Shown: piece after piece, positions 41,283 through 51,446 of the stretch
Layout: the number at the start of each line of letters is the position of its first letter
How positions within the stretch are numbered: the stretch's first letter is position 1
Origin: Candidatus Heimdallarchaeota archaeon
Lineage (GTDB): Archaea; Asgardarchaeota; Heimdallarchaeia; Hodarchaeales; Hodarchaeaceae
DNA: 64,000 nucleotides
Reading direction: 5' to 3'
Assembly: GCA_048881705.1 (NCBI GenBank)
Contig: JBHLSH010000001.1
Location: 1-64,000, forward strand
Translations under genes and position numbers: made by a program
The notes under the pieces: generated by a model
What the model saw: only the letters and a program-made list of their open reading frames with translations
What the model was told of the DNA's origin: nothing
The model's database searches: none

Positions 41283-41308
41283 GGGAAAAGAATAAAATTT
41301 ATAAATAA
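41283..41308 (+). promoter_or_regulatory. Candidate BRE plus TATA box for the histone gene
   Basis: Purine-rich GGGAAAAGAATAAAA followed by TTTTATAAATA about 75 nt before the ATG; GGTGA SD just before the start. Confidence 0.45.
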
Positions 41309-41381
41309 TGACGGTATTTCTGTTTTCTGTGGCTCTTTTAACAGGCCCAAAACACACTAGATGGAAAAAAGGTGAAAGTAT

Positions 41382-41612
41382 ATGTCCAAACGAACTAAAG
41401 CAAGACGGAAGTCAGGCTTTGCCCGGGCACGAGTAGAAAAGGTGATTCGCGACGCCGGTGCATTCCGTGTATCTGCTGATGCGGTTTATCGATTGAATGA
41501 GATATTAACCGACTATGGAATGAATGTTTCGCGATATGCAGTGGATATTGCAAAGCACTCAGGACGTAGAACTGTCAAAGAAGTGGATATTCGGCTGGCT
41601 GCAAGCCAATAA
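41382..41612 (+). CDS. Archaeal histone (HMf-type histone fold) with short basic N-terminal tail
   Basis: RVEKVIRDAGAFRVSADA...AVDIAKHSGRRTVKEVDIRLA (RV, H..RxTV and R..D motifs). Confidence 0.95.
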   Translation: MSKRTKARRKSGFARARVEKVIRDAGAFRVSADAVYRLNEILTDYGMNVSRYAVDIAKHSGRRTVKEVDIRLAASQ

Positions 41613-41629
41613 TCAATTATTTAAACCAA

Positions 41630-41657
41630 TTTTTCCCCTTTTTCTTTTTTCCTTTCT
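41630..41657 (+). terminator. Oligo-T archaeal-type terminator after the histone gene
   Basis: TTTTTCCCCTTTTTCTTTTTTCCTTTC starting about 18 nt after the stop. Confidence 0.5.
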
Positions 41658-41950
41658 CATGATTAAGAATACTGCCATCTAGTTATTGATCTGCTGTCGG
41701 AATTGAAAATAATATAATATCTCGCTTCAACATTGCAATTCTTCTTTTCTAGAAGGACTGGAGAATTTTGTAGTTGGATTCCATCGCACAATAGTAGGAT
41801 TTTCGGGGATGATGGTCTGATCAATCCCTCCGTACATGAAATTCCAAGATTTCATCACCAGTTTTTTGAAGTACCCAGCAATGTTCATTTCTACTAGGAC
41901 AGATTCGGTACACGATAATGATTATTAAAGTATCCGTAAACACGATAACT

Positions 41951-44701
41951 ATGGAAAAAAAGCTTGCTAAGGCCTATGTTCCCGCTGAATTTGAAGATGA
42001 GATTTATAGGTTCTGGGAATCGAATGATTATTTTCGACCTGAAACACAAATTGAACTAGGTCTCATAGATCGTGAAACGAGCCCAAGATTTTGTATCACA
42101 ATTCCGCTCCCGAACGTAACGGGTATCTTGCATCTAGGACACGCCTTGACCATTTCCATTGAGGATCTGATGACCCGGTATTCCCGAATGCAACAAAAAG
42201 AAACGCTGTTCATGCCAGGAACCGACCATGCAGGAATTGCGACACAGAACGTTGTAGAACGAGAACTCTTGAAACAAGGGATTAGGAGAAAAAAACTAGG
42301 GAGAGAAAAGTTCGTAGAAAAGGTATGGCAATGGAAGGAAATTTATCATGCTCGAATCACCGAGCAATCAAAAAAGATGGGGATGAGTAGTGACTGGATT
42401 CGTGAACGTTTCACATTGGATGAAATCTGCACAAAAGCAGTACGTGAAGCCTTTTATCGTTTGTATCATAAAGGATTTATCTATCGTGGCGAATACATGG
42501 TCAATTGGTGCCCACGTTGTGAATCGGCCATTTCGGATCTAGAAACAGAACCGAAGGACACTTCGAGCCACCTATGGTATATAAAATATCCAGTAAGGAC
42601 TCCGACGTGGAACGGTCCCAAATCAGAATGGGGTAGTGGAAATTGGGCAAAAGGAGCAGAAGAATTCATTATCGTGGCAACCACGCGGCCTGAAACTTTG
42701 TTGGGAGACACAGGGGTTGCTACAACCCCTGACCATAACGAATTCTCCAGATTTATAGGCCAAAATGCCATTCTCCCAGTCCTGGGCCGTGAGATCCCTA
42801 TTTTTGCAGATGAATACGTCGATCCCGAAGTTGGAACGGGAGCTCTGAAGGTCACGCCAGGACATGACCCTAATGACTTTGAAATCGGGGTAAGACACGA
42901 GCTAGATGTTGTAACAGTTCTAGATGAAAAAGCGCGTTTACTTCCACATGTTTCAGGGCCGTACGCAGGAATGAAACGGGAGGAAGGTCGAAAAGCTATT
43001 GTGACAGATCTAGAACAGGAGGGACTGCTAGTTAAGATCGAGCCATATGTTCACACCGAACCCCATTGTCAAAGATGTGCTACCGTCATCGAACCACGTG
43101 TATCAATTCAATGGTTCGTAAAAACAAAGCCTTTGGCAGAGGCGGCTATGGAGAAAGTCCGTAAGGGGGAAACAGTAATTATCCCTAAGAGGGAGGAAAA
43201 ACGATTTTTTCAATGGATGGAAAACATTAGAGACTGGTGTATTTCTCGTCAGCTCTGGTGGGGTCATCGGATTCCCATATGGTACTGTGATGATTGTTCG
43301 GAAGAAATCTGCCCGCCCCCGGATGTGGATGAACTTGCTGAATGTCCTAGGTGTAGTAGAAAGAATTTAGTGAAAGAGGAGGACGTTCTAGATACCTGGT
43401 TCTCAAGTGGTCTGTGGACTTTTTCTACACTCCATTGGCCAGACACCTCACACCCAGATTTTCAGCGATTCTATCCAACTGATACCAGGGAAACTGGCTA
43501 TGATATCCTTTTCTTCTGGGTTGCTCGAGAAATGATGTTGGGCATTGAATTAACAGGAGTAACCCCTTATCATACCGTATACCTGCACGGAATTATCAGA
43601 GATGAACGAGGGCGGAAAATAAGCAAATCTATGGAAGATGTGGAAGAATATGATCCATTACATATAATTAAGGAATATGGAGCGGATTGTTTGCGTTTTG
43701 TTCTGATATCGAACACCATTCCGGGGATTGATATCAATCTTGATCCCAGACAACTTGAGGCGGCTCACCGATTTGCCAATAAGGTCTGGCAATCCGCGAA
43801 ATATGTCCTTGGCCATATCCAAAAAGGAGACACATTCCCAACTCTGGATGAAATCGCTCCAACTCTGAGATTCGCTGATAATTGGATATTATCCCGATTA
43901 CATCAGACCATCAGATCAGTAACTGCATCCATGGAAGAAATGGATTACCTAAAAGCCGCTCGTGACATAAAAAGCTTTTATTGGAGCGAATTTTGCGACT
44001 GGTATCTTGAGATCAGCAAGATTCGTCTCCATGGAATCAATGAGGAGGCCAAGGCTGCTCCCAAGGTTATTTTACTTCATATCCTGGACAATACTCTTCG
44101 TTTACTCCATCCTATCATGCCATTCGTGACTGAAAAACTGTGGCAGCGGCTTCCAAGCTCAATACGAGTCCAACCTGCCTTGATCGTGGCCGAATGGCCA
44201 GATTCCCGTGATGATCTCGTTGACATTGATCTAGAAGAGGAATTTCTCCTTACCATGGAGCTGATTCGTGAAATCAGAAGAATTCGTGTGGACTATAATG
44301 TGAATCTCAGGGCCAAGATTCCTTTTCTTATAAGTCCAGGAGAATATGCGCCAACCTTTGAAGCAACCCGAGAAGAAATTGTGGCACTTGCAAAACTAGA
44401 TCCTAAAAAATTAGTCATATCATCAATTTCAGATTCCCCCAAGCGGGCAGCACGCGTAGTTCTTCCGGAAATTACTGCTTATGTCCCGCTTGAAGAAATT
44501 ATAGATTTGGAAAAGGAGAAGCAGCGAATCCAAACAAATTTGACCAAAATCACGAAGGATATTTCTGCTACTGTGTATAAGTTGAATGGTCCTTTCGGAG
44601 AACGGGCGCCTCCTGAAATTGTTGAACGGGAAAAAGGAATATTATCAGAACTGGAGACCAAAAAGTCTCTACTAGAGGATCAATTAAGAATTTTAAGTTG
44701 A
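41951..44701 (+). CDS. valS: Valyl-tRNA synthetase, bacterial-type (ORF open from 41918; ATG at 41951 preferred)
   Basis: PNVTGILHLGH (HIGH), PGTDHAGIATQ, ATTRPETLLGD, WCISRQLWWGHRIP, LDTWFSSGLW, DILFFWVARE, KISKS, C-terminal coiled coil. Confidence 0.96.
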   Translation: MEKKLAKAYVPAEFEDEIYRFWESNDYFRPETQIELGLIDRETSPRFCITIPLPNVTGILHLGHALTISIEDLMTRYSRMQQKETLFMPGTDHAGIATQNVVERELLKQGIRRKKLGREKFVEKVWQWKEIYHARITEQSKKMGMSSDWIRERFTLDEICTKAVREAFYRLYHKGFIYRGEYMVNWCPRCESAISDLETEPKDTSSHLWYIKYPVRTPTWNGPKSEWGSGNWAKGAEEFIIVATTRPETLLGDTGVATTPDHNEFSRFIGQNAILPVLGREIPIFADEYVDPEVGTGALKVTPGHDPNDFEIGVRHELDVVTVLDEKARLLPHVSGPYAGMKREEGRKAIVTDLEQEGLLVKIEPYVHTEPHCQRCATVIEPRVSIQWFVKTKPLAEAAMEKVRKGETVIIPKREEKRFFQWMENIRDWCISRQLWWGHRIPIWYCDDCSEEICPPPDVDELAECPRCSRKNLVKEEDVLDTWFSSGLWTFSTLHWPDTSHPDFQRFYPTDTRETGYDILFFWVAREMMLGIELTGVTPYHTVYLHGIIRDERGRKISKSMEDVEEYDPLHIIKEYGADCLRFVLISNTIPGIDINLDPRQLEAAHRFANKVWQSAKYVLGHIQKGDTFPTLDEIAPTLRFADNWILSRLHQTIRSVTASMEEMDYLKAARDIKSFYWSEFCDWYLEISKIRLHGINEEAKAAPKVILLHILDNTLRLLHPIMPFVTEKLWQRLPSSIRVQPALIVAEWPDSRDDLVDIDLEEEFLLTMELIREIRRIRVDYNVNLRAKIPFLISPGEYAPTFEATREEIVALAKLDPKKLVISSISDSPKRAARVVLPEITAYVPLEEIIDLEKEKQRIQTNLTKITKDISATVYKLNGPFGERAPPEIVEREKGILSELETKKSLLEDQLRILS

Positions 44702-44968
44702 ATTATCCGTTATTGTTCGATACTCTGTTGTTATGTACAATGTTCAGACAACTTAGGTTCCAAGGGGGTTGAAGAGTTTTGCCCACAAAGTTTAGAGAGA
44801 AACTGATCTTATATCAAATCAAAATCTCAGCCCTCTATCTAATTGCGAGCAGAGAGAACCTCCGAGCAATATAGAAAAAAGATTAAGGTTAGAGTAACAT
44901 TCATCCCTAATATTGCCCGATTTCATGACTTGAATCGAGAACTGAAGTTAGTAATAGGATAAATAAAG

Positions 44969-46489
44969 TCAAAATGGGAATAGAAATGAGAAAAGGGGCA
45001 AAATCACCCCAGTCAACGCGCTTAGTCGCCCGCCATATGCCCGTATGTAGAATCCAAGATCTCGTACTAGATCAATTTTGATTGTTTCACCAAAAATGGC
45101 TCCTCGGTCTTTTTCGGATACGGATAGATGAAAGATATGAGACCTAAATGCACTTCGAGACGTAGTAAACCAAACCGCGTCACCAATCTGCAAAATACGG
45201 CCTAAAACTCCCACGATATCATTCCCCTCTGAACTTATGAAAGGAAGCTGAGCCTCCGCCATACCCATAGGTTCTGCTTCATCTAGCGAAAAGGCGTACT
45301 CAATACTCTCCATAAACGAATTCTGGGCACCTTGTAAGTGAAAAGTAACCGTCCTTTTCTTTTGGCTAAATTCTGTCGTGTTTCGATTCAATGCAAAAGC
45401 TAAAATTCGAAAAGGATGCCGATTTCCGCTTACCTTTTCAGGGGCAGAAATTGATACCCAAATATCGTCATTTCCTATAAAATTAGCAAGATTATCTGTA
45501 AGTTCTATTATCAAACGATCAATTGTGGCGAATACCTCTGGGATTCGTTCACGGAGACGATCAAAGATCTCCTCAAGTACTGAAAAATTGATTCCTGAGA
45601 ATTGCCCCTCCTGAAGACTTCTCAAATGCTCCGCCTGAATGATTTCTGTAAGTTCATCCTCGAAAGCCTTTGTTGGCAGCTGGAGAGGCATTCTCCTTCG
45701 TAAATAGAACAGTAGAAGGATTTTCTCACGCGCACGTTCCATTCTAGTTCGTGGAGGGAGCGAAGGTTCGAAATCCTGGCGTAATGCCATCACGATTGAA
45801 TCCGTCCATTCATCAAAGCGCATCTTCGTAATTGGGTCAAGAAACGCCAGAATACTATCCGAAAGAAGATTATCGAGAGTGATTGGAGTTACACGAGGTT
45901 GAAAAACTCTCAAAAACGCTCCTACTTCAAAAGCAGGCTTTTCGGGGATTTCAAGAATCAATAGAATTCCTAGCGCAATTAATACCAACCCTAACGCGGA
46001 AAACAGAATAACGGGTCTTAGGAGAGCCTTAAGATTGTCAACAAGATTTGGTGGAAGAGAATCGGCTAATCCGGGAAATAAAACCAATAATTGCTCCAGC
46101 GTGGGGATGACTGAAATTGCAACAAGGTACAAAGCCAACGAAAGAAAAACAACAATCGTGATCAGAGTCGTTGAAGTACGAGTTGAAGAAACGTAACCTG
46201 AAACAGAAGAAAAACCTTCTAAACTCTCAACAGGAAATCCCTCGTTGGTTTTTCGTTCTGTTTCGTTAGAAAACGTCTTATGATTTAAAAATCCCAGAAG
46301 ACTAAAAGCAAATGCGTTTAAAAGTAGTGCAACCCAGAAAATGCCCGCTAGCGCGAGTTCTGCCCTTCCAGGTTCAAAATTACCAGTAAGCATGAAAAAT
46401 AGAATGATTATTGGAAGGATAAACATCAACCAGGTGCCATATTTCCGACAATAGCCATTCAGAAAGCCAGTGAATGAAATTCTTGTCAC
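44969..46489 (-). CDS. Hypothetical membrane protein (N-terminal TM bundle, large soluble domain, C-terminal hydrophobic segment)
   Basis: 506-aa ORF with GTG start; about 4 hydrophobic helices in the first 180 aa; no family recognised. Confidence 0.75.
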   Translation of the reverse strand: MTRISFTGFLNGYCRKYGTWLMFILPIIILFFMLTGNFEPGRAELALAGIFWVALLLNAFAFSLLGFLNHKTFSNETERKTNEGFPVESLEGFSSVSGYVSSTRTSTTLITIVVFLSLALYLVAISVIPTLEQLLVLFPGLADSLPPNLVDNLKALLRPVILFSALGLVLIALGILLILEIPEKPAFEVGAFLRVFQPRVTPITLDNLLSDSILAFLDPITKMRFDEWTDSIVMALRQDFEPSLPPRTRMERAREKILLLFYLRRRMPLQLPTKAFEDELTEIIQAEHLRSLQEGQFSGINFSVLEEIFDRLRERIPEVFATIDRLIIELTDNLANFIGNDDIWVSISAPEKVSGNRHPFRILAFALNRNTTEFSQKKRTVTFHLQGAQNSFMESIEYAFSLDEAEPMGMAEAQLPFISSEGNDIVGVLGRILQIGDAVWFTTSRSAFRSHIFHLSVSEKDRGAIFGETIKIDLVRDLGFYIRAYGGRLSALTGVILPLFSFLFPF

Positions 46490-46596
46490 CTCAAGTTATA
46501 TTTTCAAATGAATGGATTAATGGGAATCGATTATTTTCGAAGGTTCATAAATGGAAACAGATTTCTGAAGTTAAAGATCCAAATAGAAATCCGGAA

Positions 46597-49296
46597 TCAA
46601 GTTGTTAATTCTTTCGCTACTTCTGTTAAATCCATTTGAATACTATGCTTAATTGCCGGAAGTTGGGACACTAATACAATCAGCAGAAGCCCGCCCCATA
46701 ACAGGATCCATGTGGTTTGATGAATAAGAATCTGGAAGTAAAACACCCGAATTACATTGTCCAGTAGCCAGCTTGCCATCCATAAACCAATAGGGATTCC
46801 GAAAATTATCCCAACGATGGCCTGTACAATGTTTTCCAATGTCATCATCATTAAGAATTCACCATCAGATAGGCCCAGTGAAAACATGGTAGCGATTTCC
46901 CGTTTCCTTTCCTGAAAATTGATAAAGATAGTGGTAAAAACGGAAGTTCCTGCAATCAAGCATGCAAGGATAAGAAAAACCCCTACTACTGCATTGAATA
47001 CTCCCATAACAATGTTGAGAGACGAGCGATAATCGTAGAAAAATTCGATTGACCTGACATTATCAAGTTTTTCTAGAATTTCATCTCTTAAAAATTCCAG
47101 CTGAGCTACATTATCCGGATCTTCAACTTTTATGATCAGTTGTGAGTAGGGAGTTAAATCGATATTAAGCTCTGAGGTTCGGAAGATATCAAGCCCCATT
47201 AGAGATGTCAGGATCCCAATGTGAGTGTAAATGAATCCTCCCCAGATTTCTTCCGAAACCCCCGATACCGAAGCATTGGCTGGAGCCACAGGTATTTTTT
47301 TAGCATCGGAAAACGATAGTCGTTCTTTACTCCTAGATAAAACCTTTTCAAGGAATTTCAACGCCTCAATTCTTGCCAAATCGTGGTAGGTCTCATTTTT
47401 TTCCAAATCAGGTTTCACGTAGAAAAATGCATTAGAATAGACCTCAGATGCAGCATAAAACGCTAGGTCAATACTGGGAATTTGAGGATAATCAAAAGAA
47501 ATGTTACTTCCAAGACCAATTGAAAATCGAGTCGCTAAGGCTGAACAAATAACCAAACTATCATTAAGCATCTCATCTCGCATGCTAGACCATTGAAAAT
47601 TGTGAACCTCAGGCTGGGTAGTGTTGAATGCTGTTATCAGTACCTCCTGTTCGACATCACCGAAGTGAATTAGAGATGGAATTTGTAAAACGGGATTCAC
47701 TGCCAAAATAGATTGATCTAGGTCAGTGATGGCAGCAATGTCTTCCTTTACACCAAGATCGGCATAACCGATCCCATCATATTTTACGATAATATCGTAT
47801 TGACTAGTTTGGTAGAATTGCCTATTAACACCCATCCCAATAGAGTCGATGAATGCCAAAGCTACAACCAAGATCATGACACTGGCGGTTAAGCCAACGA
47901 TCGTGGCGGCTGTACGTAACCTTCGACGTGTGAGGTTGCGTAGTGGGATTGTTAATTTCAAACCTAAGGGATTTATCACCAATAAACGTTCCAGTATAGA
48001 TCTCTTGCCTGATTCTACGTTTAAATTAGTCTGTAACGCTTCCTGGGGCACCATACGACTAGCCCCGTAAGCAGGCAAGATACCACTAACCACACTTACT
48101 CCAATCCCTGTTCCTATGCCTATTAGAATGACGGAAAACTCAGGGACAATTACAATCAGGAGACCAAATCCCATATAATATGAATAAATCCAAGTTACCA
48201 CCCCAGAAATGAGAATTCCAGCTATAACACCAGAAAAACTTCCAACAACGCCAATAAAAAGAACCAACAGGCCATAATGGATCAAAATATCGTTGGGTAG
48301 GTAACCCAGTGAGGCTGCAATTCCAATGCTCCGCTTCTGGCTTTGGACAATTCGACCAAGGGTGAGATAGATGGAAACTCCCGCTACACCGAGAATCACG
48401 GTCGGAAGAATGAGAGCAATTTCCCGAATTTCCGCTAGATCAAGTTGTAGTGCCCAGTTCGAAATTTGCCATTCTTGAAAGATCGGGGGAGTAAACGAAT
48501 TGCTGGTAAATTGGTTCAAGGTAGATGTCAGTGCATTAATAATTCGGTTACGATCATTGAGAGATGTTCCATCTCGAAGTTTGACAATTATATTATTTGC
48601 AAGGCCTGTAAGGTTACTATAGCCTTGAAGATGTTCTAAAGGAAGAAATCCTACTCCAAAACGATGTGTAGGTAGAAAATCGTATCGAGAAGGAATTAAA
48701 AGAAGATATTCAGGACTATAGACAATGCCCCTGATTGTAAAGTTGTAATTCTTTCCAGAGATCAGAGTAACTTGAGACTCCCCCACTTCAAGATCAAAAT
48801 GGTGCGCGTAATGGGCTTCAATGAGAACAGAGGTGTTTTCAGTGGTTTTATCGAAAAAACTACCAGCTTCGAAGAAGAGATCATTCACCCGAGAATCTGT
48901 GTCCCAATCTATCCCCACTAATCTCCCTTCGTTGTAATAATTTCGATCAATTCCTTCCCTAGAGCTTGAATGGTTAAGATTATGTCCCACTTTGACCAAT
49001 AATCGAAAATCCACCCTCTCTACTTCAGGGGTTTTGCTCCTAAACTCATCAACTTTAGCTTGTACGAGTGATAGATTAAACCATGTACCTTCATATGTAA
49101 ACAATTCAGCATCAGCAAAGCGAGTTCGCGAATAGAATCCTTGGTATGTATGGCTGAGATTGGTATAACCCATTGTTAACGCAATATAGGACCCAATTCC
49201 CAAAAAACAAAGCATTAAGAGGGCAGAAAATAGCAATTTTTGCCGGAAAATGTCCCTAACAGATTTTTTTATCCAAATCCGTGTTAGAGCTTTCAT
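46597..49296 (-). CDS. ABC transporter permease, FtsX/MacB-like (two repeats)
   Basis: Two TM plus large extracellular loop units; RIVQSQKRSIGIAASLG and QERKREIATMFSLG; RNLTRRRLRT. Confidence 0.88.
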   Translation of the reverse strand: MKALTRIWIKKSVRDIFRQKLLFSALLMLCFLGIGSYIALTMGYTNLSHTYQGFYSRTRFADAELFTYEGTWFNLSLVQAKVDEFRSKTPEVERVDFRLLVKVGHNLNHSSSREGIDRNYYNEGRLVGIDWDTDSRVNDLFFEAGSFFDKTTENTSVLIEAHYAHHFDLEVGESQVTLISGKNYNFTIRGIVYSPEYLLLIPSRYDFLPTHRFGVGFLPLEHLQGYSNLTGLANNIIVKLRDGTSLNDRNRIINALTSTLNQFTSNSFTPPIFQEWQISNWALQLDLAEIREIALILPTVILGVAGVSIYLTLGRIVQSQKRSIGIAASLGYLPNDILIHYGLLVLFIGVVGSFSGVIAGILISGVVTWIYSYYMGFGLLIVIVPEFSVILIGIGTGIGVSVVSGILPAYGASRMVPQEALQTNLNVESGKRSILERLLVINPLGLKLTIPLRNLTRRRLRTAATIVGLTASVMILVVALAFIDSIGMGVNRQFYQTSQYDIIVKYDGIGYADLGVKEDIAAITDLDQSILAVNPVLQIPSLIHFGDVEQEVLITAFNTTQPEVHNFQWSSMRDEMLNDSLVICSALATRFSIGLGSNISFDYPQIPSIDLAFYAASEVYSNAFFYVKPDLEKNETYHDLARIEALKFLEKVLSRSKERLSFSDAKKIPVAPANASVSGVSEEIWGGFIYTHIGILTSLMGLDIFRTSELNIDLTPYSQLIIKVEDPDNVAQLEFLRDEILEKLDNVRSIEFFYDYRSSLNIVMGVFNAVVGVFLILACLIAGTSVFTTIFINFQERKREIATMFSLGLSDGEFLMMMTLENIVQAIVGIIFGIPIGLWMASWLLDNVIRVFYFQILIHQTTWILLWGGLLLIVLVSQLPAIKHSIQMDLTEVAKELTT

Positions 49297-49303
49297 AATC
49301 TTG

Positions 49304-50038
49304 CTACCAAATTATGTTATCTAGATCCGTAGGTTGTTGCTGAATTATCATGTTATAAGTTCCCGTTTGCATTCCAATAATTGTATCAGCAATTTTTGCG
49401 ATCTGCTGATTGTGTGTAGCAATTAGAAATGTCTTTTGCGTTGTTTCATTAAGACGTTTCATTAACCGCAGAATTTTAACGCCGTTACGATAATCCAAAT
49501 TTCCCGTTGGTTCGTCTGCAACCACTATGGGGGGATTTTTGGCAAGAGCCCTGGCTATGGCTACCCGTTGTTGCTCTCCCCCTGATAACTGACTTGGAAA
49601 ATGAGAAGCTCGGTTACCAAGACCGACCTCTTTCAACCAATGCAAGGCCTGAGTCCGGATAACATTCCTATCAAATGACCGGGATCCCACGTCGCCCTCG
49701 ACACCGACTAGATCTAATGAGAACTCGATATTTTCGAGGGCAGTTAACGTTGGAAGAAGGTTAAAAAATTGAAAGATGAAACCGATAGAATGCCTTCGAA
49801 AGACCGCACGCTGGGTTCGGGTATAAAATGAAATATCATTGCCATTAATAAGAATTTTACCTGATGTGGGGATATCTAGGGCGCTAACTAGATTTAGCAA
49901 GGTTGTTTTACCCGAACCGCTAGGACCAAGAAGTACCACAAATTTACCTCTATCAATATCAAGGGTTAAGTTTTTCAGAGCGTTTACTCTAACTTCTCCC
50001 AATTCATACTCCTTAGATACTTCTCTTAATGAAATCAA
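49304..50038 (-). CDS. ABC transporter ATP-binding protein (LolD/MacB-like)
   Basis: [42 protein letters not shown]. Confidence 0.93.
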   Translation of the reverse strand: MISLREVSKEYELGEVRVNALKNLTLDIDRGKFVVLLGPSGSGKTTLLNLVSALDIPTSGKILINGNDISFYTRTQRAVFRRHSIGFIFQFFNLLPTLTALENIEFSLDLVGVEGDVGSRSFDRNVIRTQALHWLKEVGLGNRASHFPSQLSGGEQQRVAIARALAKNPPIVVADEPTGNLDYRNGVKILRLMKRLNETTQKTFLIATHNQQIAKIADTIIGMQTGTYNMIIQQQPTDLDNIIW

Positions 50039-50053
50039 AATCGCGGTTCCTCA

Positions 50054-51076
50054 TTAGTCAATTGTAAGAATAACTTTTCCAATATTCTGACGGCTTTCGA
50101 TACGTTTATGCGCTTCATTGATAGACTCTAATGGAAAGACAGTGTCAATCACTGGTCGAAGTGAGTTTTCTTTCACAAGTTCGACCAGCTCGTCAAATAA
50201 AATCTTTATTCTTGGATATTGTTTAAACAACAGCTGCCCCAAGTGGAAGCTCATAACCCCCTGTGAATTTCCAAGCATCTTCAGCACGTTCACTTTGGGC
50301 AGAGTCCTATACGCTGCCCACCATGTCCATGGTTTGTATTTGCTGAAGCGTACGCTGCTTAATCCAACAACAATTATTCGCCCCATAGGTGCAAGGCAAG
50401 CAATGCTTTCTCGGAATATTTTTCCTCCAATGGATTCAATAATGACGTCCACACCATTTGGTTTCCATTGGAAAATTTCCTTTTGAAAGGAATCATAGCC
50501 AATTGCTAAATCAATGTCCATTTGGTTTTTTAGAAAAGTAATCTTTTTTGGAGAACTCGCCGTACCTGCAATCTCAAGATTTAAGGCCTTTCCAAGTTGA
50601 ACTGCCGCAGTTCCAAGTCCTCCAGCTGCCGCGTGGATCAGTAAAGACTCCTTGGGCCTCGCCCGAGCCATCTCCCTCAATGCCACGAAGGATGTGAGAA
50701 AGGATACCGTAAAGGCGGCGTTTTCCTCAAAACTGTAATCATCTATTGCCGGAAATACGTACCTCTGTGAGACCTTTGTCCGTTCAGCCTGACATCCGTA
50801 TTGATAGCCCACTATAACTGGGTCTCCAACCGAAAAATCCGACACATCCGGACCTATTGCTTCAACAATGCCCGCACCCTCCATACCAAGAACAAACTGG
50901 CTTTCCGCTGGAACCCAGCCATATATTCCCCGTCTTGTAAGTATCTCAGCATAATTGACACCAGCGGCCTTTAAGTGGATTAAAACTTCATCCAAGATGG
51001 GAGGATCGGGTTGTGGAATATTTACCGCACTGAGAACATCAGCATTGCCCCGTCGCTTTAGTACAATAGCTTTCAC
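50054..51076 (-). CDS. MDR-family NADPH:quinone oxidoreductase (zeta-crystallin / VAT-1-like)
   Basis: AAGVNYAE, LGMEGAG, LIHAAAGGLG, NIGKVIL; no catalytic Zn cysteines. Confidence 0.88.
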   Translation of the reverse strand: MKAIVLKRRGNADVLSAVNIPQPDPPILDEVLIHLKAAGVNYAEILTRRGIYGWVPAESQFVLGMEGAGIVEAIGPDVSDFSVGDPVIVGYQYGCQAERTKVSQRYVFPAIDDYSFEENAAFTVSFLTSFVALREMARARPKESLLIHAAAGGLGTAAVQLGKALNLEIAGTASSPKKITFLKNQMDIDLAIGYDSFQKEIFQWKPNGVDVIIESIGGKIFRESIACLAPMGRIIVVGLSSVRFSKYKPWTWWAAYRTLPKVNVLKMLGNSQGVMSFHLGQLLFKQYPRIKILFDELVELVKENSLRPVIDTVFPLESINEAHKRIESRQNIGKVILTID

Positions 51077-51446
51077 ATCTCAAATCGTCCTTAACTGCTG
51101 TGTTACACTTGGTCTTGCCTTAATTGAGATCTAAGAGATTGGGTATCAACTGTATCAGCCGCTTTTCTATATTTAAAACAATTCAAATCCCCTTGAAAAT
51201 GGACTTATAGAGGTGGGGACTCTGTTAAAGCGATCGCAAGAGAAGTAATTCCAAAAATCACTCCCACAAAATGCCTGAATGGGAGAAAAAAACCTCTTCA
51301 AGTTTATCCTTGGTCAAATGCAAGCGGTGTTGATCCATCTATAACATACTAAAAACCTAGTAAAAGCGTGGTATAATTGAAATCTTGCACACTGAGAAAC
51401 ATTTTATATTGGTAGTTCGATACGATAACATTCAGGATGTTTTGAA

